This document shows, piece by piece, positions 18,331 to 27,010 of a stretch of DNA of 64,000 bases (position 1 is the first letter of the stretch; every line of letters begins with the position of its first letter). Where the stretch lies: the NCBI GenBank assembly GCA_963745235.1, contig CAVUXE010000028.1, positions 1 through 64,000 on the forward strand, given 5' to 3'. The position numbers were made by a program, and so were the translations under genes. This DNA is from an uncultured Spirochaetota bacterium (GTDB taxonomy: Bacteria; Spirochaetota; Spirochaetia; SZUA-6; Fen-1364). The notes below the pieces were generated by a model. The model was not told the DNA's origin and searched no databases. It saw only the letters and a program-made list of their open reading frames with translations.

Positions 18331-19311
18331 ATGAGCGCCAGCGAAGCGGGCAGTTCTCGACTCTCCTATCCCGAGAAGGTGACGCAGCGCATCATCGAGT
18401 GTCTTCAAAAGGGCACTGCTCCTTGGATACGTCCATGGGAGCCAGGAAGCGTTCCTGATCGACCTTACAATCCTGTTTCCCAAACCGTCTATCGTGGGCT
18501 TAACACAATATATCTTAGCATCGCGGCGGCCATGAATGGGTATGACGATCCTCGCTGGATGACTTTTCTTCAATGCACCAATAAGGGCTGGAACGTCCGC
18601 CGAGGAGAGCACGCTGAAACCATCAGCTATTTCTCCCGCACAACGACAAGGACAGAAGAAGATCCCGACACTCACGAGAAAGTGAAGCGCACCTATCGCC
18701 TGGATCGTCCAATTTTTCGCTACGCATGCGTGTTCAATGCATGCCAAATCGAAGGGATCGAGCCTCTTGACCGTGGAAGCTTTGAGCGAAAGTTTGATCC
18801 TCTTCAGAAGGCAGAAGAAATCATTCACTCCCACAATCCCGCCATTCTCCATGACCAGAACGACGCATGTTTCTATCGACCCGCCACGGACTCAATCCAT
18901 TTGACCCCGGTGGCTCAATTCAGGTCGCAGGATCTTTACTACGCCACCGTCCTCCATGAGATGGGACACTGGAGCGGGCACTCAACGAGGCTTGATCGAG
19001 ACATCTTGAATCTCTATGGCACCCCGGCCTACGCCCGCGAGGAATTGCGTGCCGAGATCGCCTCCTACATGCTTTCATCGGATATAGGCATTTCGCACGA
19101 TCCGAGCAACCACGCCAGCTATATCGCTTCATGGATCGAGGTTCTGCATCAAGACAAGACCGAGATCTTCAAGGCTTCCAATGATGCCGAGAGAATACTT
19201 CACTTCATTGTAGGCCAAGGTAGGGATATCGATAGGTCGCAAGAGGATGTCATCGAGATCCCAGATCGCTTAGCCAGCAACAGATCGCCAGCTTTCGAAA
19301 TCGGGGCATAG
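18331..19311 (+). CDS. ardC: ArdC antirestriction protein (DUF1738 + zincin-like domain)
   Basis: GTAPWIRPW, YRGLN, DPRWMTF, VFNACQ, LHEMGHWSGH..RL.R, YAREELRAE, YIASW. Confidence 0.92.
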   Translation: MSASEAGSSRLSYPEKVTQRIIECLQKGTAPWIRPWEPGSVPDRPYNPVSQTVYRGLNTIYLSIAAAMNGYDDPRWMTFLQCTNKGWNVRRGEHAETISYFSRTTTRTEEDPDTHEKVKRTYRLDRPIFRYACVFNACQIEGIEPLDRGSFERKFDPLQKAEEIIHSHNPAILHDQNDACFYRPATDSIHLTPVAQFRSQDLYYATVLHEMGHWSGHSTRLDRDILNLYGTPAYAREELRAEIASYMLSSDIGISHDPSNHASYIASWIEVLHQDKTEIFKASNDAERILHFIVGQGRDIDRSQEDVIEIPDRLASNRSPAFEIGA

Positions 19312-19438
19312 CTGCAAAGGTCTGACGGGCTTATGGCATTACGTCCTTCCAGAGTAGCCTGGGGGAAAAGGCCGGGGATGGCGACAGTCGGTTTGACTTT
19401 CTGGCGAATGTGATTAAAATAAAGAATCCACCTCCAAA

Positions 19439-21213
19439 CAGACTGTGTGAATAGTCTCACCAATCCGGAGGCGAATTGGCGGGACCACGCCGCCATCGCG
19501 GCAGGCGGGGGGCGGTTTATGAGGGAGAAGTCGCGGCACATCGACCGCTCCCTGTTCTCGCCCTTCTTGGGTTCCCCCTATCGGCCCACGGCCTCCATCA
19601 ACTTGCCCAACGGTACCAAGTTGAGCACTCGCTTCAGATCATAAATGAGACAACTGAACTGAAACTCAGCCCCTACTGCCTCAAGCCCACGCTGCAGGAA
19701 ATGGCCGAAGCCGAGGGTGCGCTTGATCGTGCCAAAGGGGTGTTCGACCAACTCCTTGCGCTTCTTGATCAAGGCTTTCCTTTCAGGATTCTCCAGTTGT
19801 TCAAAGTACCCCTTCAGCTCCCTATGACGTACCGAGACCCGAAGCATCCTGCCTCCGCTGCCCTTGGTGCAGCAACTCTTTTTCAGACAGGCCGCGCACG
19901 CCGCCTCGTCTGCTTGATACTTCCACGTCATTCGCCCGTTCTTGTCTGCAACCGCCTGAACCGTGATCTTGCGCAGCACCGTACCCAGCGGGCACACCCA
20001 CATGTCCTGCTCGGTATCGTAGCAGAACTTCTCCTGGCCCCAGAGCTTTTCCTTGCTGTCCTCCCGCGCGCCTTCCGCCGCGATCGGCACCGTTACCCGG
20101 ATTCCCTGTTCCTGCTGGTGGGCCAGCACCTCGGTTTCGTTGAAGTAGCCGGCATCCGCCACCATCTCGCTGTTCTCTTCTATCTCCAGCCCCTTTTTCA
20201 CTTCGATTGCCCGTTCTACCATTGCCCCCAGCAGTCTCTTGTCCGTCTGCTGATTGCTCACTTGGGCTGCCACGATCAACTTGTTCTGTCCATCAACGAC
20301 GCTTTGCGCGTTGTACCCCGGCTGCACCATCCCTTTGTCCTTTTGCAGCCGGCTGTCCTGGTCACTGCCCGAGTAGGCATTTTCTTCTGGGTGAGTCTCC
20401 AGAAACTTTTTAGCTGCGTTCACCTTCTCGCGTTTGCGTGTCAGTCTTTGCATCTTCTTCGTCAATTCGACCACTTTCTCCTTTCGAATCTGTATCCCCT
20501 CACAGTCTTGCCGACGGTCCAACTCCTCCATCTCCTCGAAGTAGCGCTCAAGCCCCCGCTCGACGGCCCGTTCGATTTCCTCAAGCTTCTCCCTGCGGTA
20601 GACCTCCCCATGTCCGTTCTGTCCGCGCAGTTTCGTCCCGTCCACCGCCAGTAGCTTCATACTGATCAGCCCCATCTTGTGGCAGAACAGCACGAACTCT
20701 TTGAACACATTCTTCAGCGCTTTCGGATTATCCCGGCGAAAGTCGGCTATCGTCTTGAAGTCCGGCCTCAACCCCTCCACCAACCACATCATCTCCCGGT
20801 TGCGCTTGCATTCAGCCTCCAGTAAGCGGCTTGACCGTATGCGGTTGAAATAGCCGTAGATGTAGATTTTCAGCTTCACCTGGGGCCGGTAGGCCGGTGC
20901 GCCTTTTCGGTTCTCATGCATATGAAATCCCAGCGTAGCCATCTCTAGGGATTCCACGTATGCATCGATAAAACGCACGGTGTTGTCCCGCTCGATCAAT
21001 TCCTCCAAACTGCTCTGAAAGAGGTAGATCTGGTTGCGTGGCGTGCCCGCCTTATACTCGATCACGTCCCCCCCAACCGCTCGGCGCTCAACGCCTCGAG
21101 TTTTGTTGAGAGTACACTGCCTGGGGTTCCAGCACAATGATTTTCCCACGCTCTCTGCTTGTTTCCGCCAAGACTCCCCTGCCCCCGGAACACGAAATCA
21201 TCCACACAGTCTG
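19439..21213 (-). mobile_element. IS1182-family IS, complete copy (1775 bp)
   Basis: Terminal inverted repeats CAGACTGTGTG at both ends; flanked by IS200 hairpin arms. Confidence 0.9.
19578..21065 (-). CDS. IS1182-family transposase
   Basis: G..AY.P, SSRLLE, PDFKTIADFR, AVDGTK, GYNAQ, ADAGY, RKELVEHPFGTIK; GTG start. Confidence 0.93.
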   Translation of the reverse strand: MIEYKAGTPRNQIYLFQSSLEELIERDNTVRFIDAYVESLEMATLGFHMHENRKGAPAYRPQVKLKIYIYGYFNRIRSSRLLEAECKRNREMMWLVEGLRPDFKTIADFRRDNPKALKNVFKEFVLFCHKMGLISMKLLAVDGTKLRGQNGHGEVYRREKLEEIERAVERGLERYFEEMEELDRRQDCEGIQIRKEKVVELTKKMQRLTRKREKVNAAKKFLETHPEENAYSGSDQDSRLQKDKGMVQPGYNAQSVVDGQNKLIVAAQVSNQQTDKRLLGAMVERAIEVKKGLEIEENSEMVADAGYFNETEVLAHQQEQGIRVTVPIAAEGAREDSKEKLWGQEKFCYDTEQDMWVCPLGTVLRKITVQAVADKNGRMTWKYQADEAACAACLKKSCCTKGSGGRMLRVSVRHRELKGYFEQLENPERKALIKKRKELVEHPFGTIKRTLGFGHFLQRGLEAVGAEFQFSCLIYDLKRVLNLVPLGKLMEAVGR

Positions 21214-21233
21214 TTTGGAGGTGGATTCTTTAC

Positions 21234-21789
21234 CTGAAACTTGAAAACCCGCCGCCTATGGCGGCGGTCATGTCCTGATGGCTTTGCCGTAAGACCGATT
21301 GCGAATAACATAGGGGCATGCCGAAATGGAAAAAACAGTCGCACGTGGTCTACCAGTGCAGCTATCACATAGTGTGGACTCCCAAGTATCGATTCCGAAT
21401 CCTGGAAGGAGCTGTAGGGAAGTACGTCGAAGGACGCATCAGGGCTATCTGCGAGTGGAAGGATAGCGAGATAGAGGAACTGGCGGTAATGACGGATCAC
21501 GTGCATCTGGTGGTAAGTACTCCTCCAAGAACATCGATATCAGAGCTGATGGGGTTTCTCAAAGGCAAGACAGCAATCGGGATATTCAAACATTTCCCGC
21601 ACCTGAGGCGGAAGCCATACTGGGGGAATCATTTCTGGAGCCGCGGCTACTGCGTAACGACGATAGGGCTGGATGCGGATAAGATACGGCGCTACGTTAA
21701 ATATCAGGAAGACGCCGAGCGGCTCGAAGAGAAGGAGCGCGAAGAACCAGGCCTCTTTTAGAGGCCGGGGTTTCAAAGCCACCTCCTTT
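21234..21789 (+). mobile_element. IS200-like element, copy 1 (right-end hairpin interrupted)
   Basis: Left-end hairpin CCGCCGCC-TAT-GGCGGCGG, tnpA, then half hairpin AAAGCCACCTCCTTT. Confidence 0.85.
21318..21761 (+). CDS. tnpA: IS200/IS605-family Y1 transposase
   Basis: YHIVWTPKYR, HUH DHVH, FWSRGY, catalytic YVKYQ. Confidence 0.95.
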   Translation: MPKWKKQSHVVYQCSYHIVWTPKYRFRILEGAVGKYVEGRIRAICEWKDSEIEELAVMTDHVHLVVSTPPRTSISELMGFLKGKTAIGIFKHFPHLRRKPYWGNHFWSRGYCVTTIGLDADKIRRYVKYQEDAERLEEKEREEPGLF

Positions 21790-23626
21790 CAGACTGTGTG
21801 GATGATTTCGTATTCCGGGGGCAGGGAAGTCTTGGCGGAAACAAGCAGAGAGCGTGGGAAAATCATTGCGCTGGAACCCCAGGCAGTGTACTCTGAAGAG
21901 AAGTCGAGGCGTTGAGCGCCGAGCGGTTGGGGGGGACGTGATCGAGTATAAGGCGGGCACGCCACGGAACCAGATCTACCTCTTTCAGAGCAGTTTGGAG
22001 GAATTGATCGAGCGGGACAACACCGTGCGTTTTATCGATGCATACGTGGAATCCCTAGAGATAGGCTACGCTGCAGGATTTCATATGGCATGAGAACCGA
22101 AAAGGCGCGCTTGATCGTGCCAAAGGTGAAGCTCGAAAATCTGCACTCTACGGCTACTTTCAGACCGCATACGGTCAAGCCGCTTACTGGAGGCTGCCTA
22201 TGACATAGCGCAGACCGGAAGCATGATGTGGTCGGTGGAGGGGTTGAGTGCAGGAACTCTTCATCAGACGATAGCCGCACTTTCGCCGGGATAATCCTGA
22301 AAGCGCTGCCGAATGTCGTTCAAAGAGTTCGTGCTGTTCTGCCACAAGATGGGCCGTGATCAGTATGAAGCTACTGGCGGTGGACGGGCACGACCCACAT
22401 GTCCTGCTCGGTATCAGTAGCAGAACTTGGGGCTCCTGGCCGCAGGAGAAGCTTTTCGACTGGCTGTCGACTGGGCTCGCGCGCTACTTCCGCCGCGATC
22501 GGCACGTTACCGGATTCCCTGTTCCTGCTGGTGGGCCAGCACTTCGGTTTCGTTGAAGTAGCCGGCATCCGCCACCATCTCGCTGTTCTCTTCTATCTCC
22601 AGCCCCTTTTTCACTTCGATTGCCCGTTCTACCATTGCCCCCAGCAGTCTCTTGTCCGTCTGCTGATTGCTCACTTGGGCTGCCACGATCAACTTGTTCT
22701 GTCCATCAACGACGCTTTGCGCGTTGTACCCCGGCTGCACCATCCCTTTGTCCTTTTGCAGCCGGCTGTCCTGGTCACTGCCCGAGTAGGCATTTTCTTC
22801 TGGGTGAGTCTCCAGAAACTTTTTAGCTGCGTTCACCTTCTCGCGTTTGCGTGTCAGTCTTTGCATCTTCTTCGTCAATTCGACCACTTTCTCCTTTCGA
22901 ATCTGTATCCCCTCACAGTCTTGCCGACGGTCCAACTCCTCCATCTCCTCGAAGTAGCGCTCAAGCCCCCGCTCGACGGCCCGTTCGATTTCCTCAAGCT
23001 TCTCCCTGCGGTAGACCTCCCCATGTCCGTTCTGTCCGCGCAGTTTCGTCCCGTCCACCGCCAGTAGCTTCATACTGATCAGCCCCATCTTGTGGCAGAA
23101 CAGCACGAACTCTTTGAACACATTCTTCAGCGCTTTCGGATTATCCCGGCGAAAGTCGGCTATCGTCTTGAAGTCCGGCCTCAACCCCTCCACCAACCAC
23201 ATCATCTCCCGGTTGCGCTTGCATTCAGCCTCCAGTAAGCGGCTTGACCGTATGCGGTTGAAATAGCCGTAGATGTAGATTTTCAGCTTCACCTGGGGCC
23301 GGTAGGCCGGTGCGCCTTTTCGGTTCTCATGCATATGAAATCCCAGCGTAGCCATCTCTAGGGATTCCACGTATGCATCGATAAAACGCACGGTGTTGTC
23401 CCGCTCGATCAATTCCTCCAAACTGCTCTGAAAGAGGTAGATCTGGTTGCGTGGCGTGCCCGCCTTATACTCGATCACGTCCCCCCCAACCGCTCGGCGC
23501 TCAACGCCTCGAGTTTTGTTGAGAGTACACTGCCTGGGGTTCCAGCACAATGATTTTCCCACGCTCTCTGCTTGTTTCCGCCAAGACTCCCCTGCCCCCG
23601 GAACACGAAATCATCCACACAGTCTG
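21790..23626. mobile_element. IS1182 copy with two inward-facing 5' ends; mixed-orientation or chimeric
   Basis: 21790-22060 is a + strand 5' end (a variant isoform), 22060-22510 interleaves + and - fragments, and 22510-23626 matches the - strand copy. Confidence 0.75.
22507..23478 (-). pseudogene. IS1182 transposase, 3' part garbled
   Basis: Same protein sequence as the 19578 copy up to QQEQGIR, then a stop. Confidence 0.8.
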
Positions 23627-24183
23627 AAAGGAGGTGGCTTTGGAACCCCGGCCTCTAAAAGAGGCCGGGTTCTTCGCGCTCCTTCTCTTCGAGCCGCTCG
23701 GCCTTTTCCTGATACTTAACGTAGCGCCGTATCTTCTCCGCATCCAGCCCTATCGTCGTTACGCAGTAGCCGCGGCTCCAGAAATGATTCCCCCAGTATG
23801 GCTTCCGCCTCAGGTGCGGGAAGTGTTTGAATATCCCGATTGCTGTCTTGCCTTTGAGAAACCCCATCAGCTCTGATATCGATGTTCTTGGAGGAGTGTT
23901 TACCACCAGATGCACGTGATCCGTCATCACCGCCAGTTCCTCTATCTCGCTATCCTTCCACTCGCAGATAGCTCTGATGCGTCCTTCGACGTACTTCCCT
24001 ACAGCTCCTTCCAGGATTCGCAATCGATATTTGGGAGTCCATACTATGTGATAGCTGCACTGGTAGACCACGTGCGACTGTTTTTTCCATTTCGGCATGC
24101 CCCCATGTTATTCGCAATCGGTCTTACGGCATAGCCATCAGGACATAACCACCGCCGCAGGCGGTGGGTTGTCAAGTTTCACT
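23627..24183 (-). mobile_element. IS200-like element, copy 2 (right-end hairpin interrupted)
   Basis: Left-end hairpin at 24147-24170; half hairpin AAAGGAGGTGGCTTT abuts the IS1182 end. Confidence 0.85.
23655..24098 (-). CDS. tnpA: IS200/IS605-family Y1 transposase (isoform)
   Basis: Same motifs as copy 1, with four amino-acid differences (F/L, S/N, D/E, D/K). Confidence 0.95.
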   Translation of the reverse strand: MPKWKKQSHVVYQCSYHIVWTPKYRLRILEGAVGKYVEGRIRAICEWKDSEIEELAVMTDHVHLVVNTPPRTSISELMGFLKGKTAIGIFKHFPHLRRKPYWGNHFWSRGYCVTTIGLDAEKIRRYVKYQEKAERLEEKEREEPGLF

Positions 24184-24267
24184 CAATCAATACAAGACTT
24201 TCAGTAGCCGGGACAAACATCGATAGCACGCATAGGGCCGCACAGGTCTGAGGAGCTAGTGCGCTGG

Positions 24268-25794
24268 TCACGGGGACCGCTTCCCTGGCCTGAGAAGCAC
24301 AAACGCGCAGGCGTACGGGGGCAGGATGATTTGCGAAAGCGCTGCATCACCATTGCCGCCCAGTTCCCCCCGCTTGACGACCACCCTGTACTTCCTCCTG
24401 GTCGACTCCTTCTCCCAGGCGAATGCGAGGTCATCTTCGACAAGGACGCCGTTGAGAGCGAGTTGCGAAGAGCAGATGCCGCCGACCGGTTCAATGACGT
24501 ATTGCCTCCAGACCATGCCTGCGACGGTTATCATCGAACGGGTATCACGAAGGCTTACGAGGAGGAGACAGCGGCCTCGCAATTTCTTCGCCGCGGAGTG
24601 ATAGTACGCTCGGATCTTCCCCCCTGACTTTTCGACCACGTGTGCCCTGAACACCGCGTTTCCCATCAGCCTCTTCCAAAGAAAGCTTGCATAATAGTCG
24701 GGTCTGGGCTCGAAGGTATTCTGGTCGAGGAGCCCGTAATCCGAGCCAACGAGAGATTGCCGGAACACGCGGGAAACTCCCTCGCGGGCCAGGAGCCCCA
24801 ACTGGTCGAGCCACCAGATGGAGGAGAGGTACGTATCGGACAGCCCCGGTTCACCGCCGTAAAGGGCGTGCCCCGTCTCCGTCATCCAGATTTGCCTCCC
24901 GCGGGCATTCTTCACGACCCGCCGCGCCTGCTTTCGGACACTGTCGAGATGCCGAGGTTTCAGGAGCATTTTCTCGGACGCGCGCCTGTTTGCAAAACGG
25001 CCCCTGCTGGACTGCTGCGGGTAGTAGTGCCAGCTCATCACGTTGTCCGATCGCATCGCCCCGCTCCTGCCAAGGGTTGGCATGATAGGATTGGGTTCCC
25101 CGATCGCAGGAATTACAGCCGACGCTGGCCCCACGGCAAACGCGCGAGGGTGCAAATTCCGGATGAGCCCGGAGAATCCGGCAAAGTCCTCCACGTAGCG
25201 CGAGGCGCTCACTCGATATCTGAACCCGTGCGTGATCGGATAAGCGTTCACCTCGTTACCAAGCTCCCATGCCCGCACAGGAAAGCGCTTCTCCGCTGTA
25301 TAGGCGATGAGTGCGCGGGCGCTTGAGTCCATCCATGCCCCCTCGGCGTCGCGTTGGCTGGGCCCGGCGTTGACGACGAACAGGATCTGGAAACCGACCG
25401 TTGACGCGAAGGCATTGATTCGCTTCCAAAGACCTTTTCCCAGCACCATCTCCCGATCAGCATTCGCAGCATGATCGTCCGGCGTTTCCTGCTTCCGCCC
25501 ATTCTTCTCCCTGATCCGGTATCGGACACGGTCCGCCTCAGTGCCCCCTATCCGAATCATCGAAGGGGCGAGGAGTTTCGCAAAAGCGACCAGCCTCGCA
25601 TCGCATAGATCGAGGGGTGCCACCGTGTCTCTTGCGACTCCCCGGGAAATGCCCTTCGCCCGGCCCCACCAGTGCCCTCCCAGGACCAGGGATGTATCTA
25701 TGGTCAGCGAGAGGTAACCCGGGAACAGCGCTGCCACCTGCTCAGCCCCGAGGAGAACTCTGAAATGATTACTCTTGATCCGGGCTGCCGCCAT
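24268..25794 (-). CDS. Glycoside hydrolase family 79 (heparanase/beta-glucuronidase-like)
   Basis: RIGGTEAD, acid/base WELGNE, nucleophile WMTETG, WWLDQLG, RQSLVG.DYGL, PDYY. Confidence 0.9.
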   Translation of the reverse strand: MAAARIKSNHFRVLLGAEQVAALFPGYLSLTIDTSLVLGGHWWGRAKGISRGVARDTVAPLDLCDARLVAFAKLLAPSMIRIGGTEADRVRYRIREKNGRKQETPDDHAANADREMVLGKGLWKRINAFASTVGFQILFVVNAGPSQRDAEGAWMDSSARALIAYTAEKRFPVRAWELGNEVNAYPITHGFRYRVSASRYVEDFAGFSGLIRNLHPRAFAVGPASAVIPAIGEPNPIMPTLGRSGAMRSDNVMSWHYYPQQSSRGRFANRRASEKMLLKPRHLDSVRKQARRVVKNARGRQIWMTETGHALYGGEPGLSDTYLSSIWWLDQLGLLAREGVSRVFRQSLVGSDYGLLDQNTFEPRPDYYASFLWKRLMGNAVFRAHVVEKSGGKIRAYYHSAAKKLRGRCLLLVSLRDTRSMITVAGMVWRQYVIEPVGGICSSQLALNGVLVEDDLAFAWEKESTRRKYRVVVKRGELGGNGDAALSQIILPPYACAFVLLRPGKRSP

Positions 25795-25884
25795 TTGTTC
25801 CCTCGAATTCTCTCAATCTCAACAGCATGCTGACGCCAAGTTAACAAATCTTTGGTTCGAATTCCGACCGGGGAGGGGAAGACG

Positions 25885-26928
25885 ATGCGAATCGCCTATT
25901 CATTCGCGGGAGAAGGCCTGGGCCACGCCGCGAGAACCTCGGTCATCGGACCTCTTCTTGAAAATAACCACGATGTCGTGTATTTCGTGCCCGACGTGGC
26001 CCGAGACTTCGTCGTCTCCAAGTTGGGCAAGAGGCAGTATGAACGCATCCTCCATTTCTCTTTTCAGAAGAAAGGGGAGAGAGTTCGTCTCCTTGCCTCG
26101 ATTTTCTGCACCCTTCCCCTCCTTGTCCGTTTCCCCTTCGAGATTATGCGACTCATTGACCGCCTCCATGCGCTCAGGATTGACGCAGTTATCTCTGATT
26201 TCGATCCCTTTCTCCCCTGGGCGGCCAGGATCGCGGGAGTTCCCATACTGCAGATCAACCACCCCGGTATCGTCCAGCGCCTGCTGAGGCCTCGCTTCAT
26301 TGCCTTGATCACCGCGCTGGCGACCCGCCTCCTTGAAGGGCCGTGGAACGACAGGATACTCATCTCGTTTTACGACGGAGACGTGGGCCCGATCCTGCGA
26401 GAGGAAATCTTCGCGCATCCCGTACGAGACGACGGAACTATCCTCGTGAACCTCAAGGACTGCCTGAGACCGGTGGTTATCCCCGTTCTTGATGCGATGC
26501 ACCTGCGCTACCGACTCGTGCCGGATCCCAGGGAGAACTTCGAAGAAGCCATCGCTGCCTGCTCTTTCGTCCTTTCGACGGCGGGACACCAGATAATCGT
26601 TGAATCCATCGCCCTGAACAAGCCAATACTTGTTATTCCCCAGCAGGGTCAATGGGAACAGCAACTGAACGCGGAAATGGTTGAGAAGACGCGAAAGGGA
26701 AAATCCACCACCGTTGAACGGCTCCGCGATGACCTCGCAGAGTTCAAGCTCCACCTTGAGCGCTATCGATCCAGCCGAGTTCCGGCTTGCTTCGTGACCT
26801 CCGACGATCGAAGGTCGATACTCCGAAGGATCGAGGCCTTCCTGAGAGAATGCAAGGGAAGAAGGATGCGACTCAGGTCTTCCCGTCGTGCATCCGCCGT
26901 ACCGCTGGCGCTCGGCGGCGATTCGTGA
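25885..26928 (+). CDS. GT-B glycosyltransferase (MJ1255/VC2487-like, GT28 C-terminal)
   Basis: MRIAYSFAGEGLGHAAR, ISDFDP, STAGHQ..ES, P..GQWEQ..NA. Confidence 0.85.
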   Translation: MRIAYSFAGEGLGHAARTSVIGPLLENNHDVVYFVPDVARDFVVSKLGKRQYERILHFSFQKKGERVRLLASIFCTLPLLVRFPFEIMRLIDRLHALRIDAVISDFDPFLPWAARIAGVPILQINHPGIVQRLLRPRFIALITALATRLLEGPWNDRILISFYDGDVGPILREEIFAHPVRDDGTILVNLKDCLRPVVIPVLDAMHLRYRLVPDPRENFEEAIAACSFVLSTAGHQIIVESIALNKPILVIPQQGQWEQQLNAEMVEKTRKGKSTTVERLRDDLAEFKLHLERYRSSRVPACFVTSDDRRSILRRIEAFLRECKGRRMRLRSSRRASAVPLALGGDS

Positions 26929-26973
26929 GCGCGTCCAATGCAGGACCGTTCCCACTTATGCCATAGAAAAAAG

Positions 26974-26994
26974 ATATTTCACGAGTTAAAATAA
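26974..26994. promoter_or_regulatory. Putative ROK operator (autoregulatory)
   Basis: ATATTTCACGAGTTAAAATAA, 16/21 identical to the 29474 palindrome. Confidence 0.6.
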
Positions 26995-27010
26995 CGCTGA
27001 CGATAGAAAG

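Larger units (their letters stand above)
8392..19311 (+). mobile_element. Conjugative/mobilisable element backbone (plasmid- or ICE-like)
   Basis: Relaxase, coupling protein, trbBCD, parAB and two ardC genes; lower GC than the flanks. Boundaries are not defined and no integrase was seen. Confidence 0.75.

Noticed and set aside
21761-23655. TnpB/IscB or omega-RNA system beside IS200 tnpA
   Set aside because: No RuvC-type ORF is present; the adjacent ORFs are IS1182 DDE transposases.
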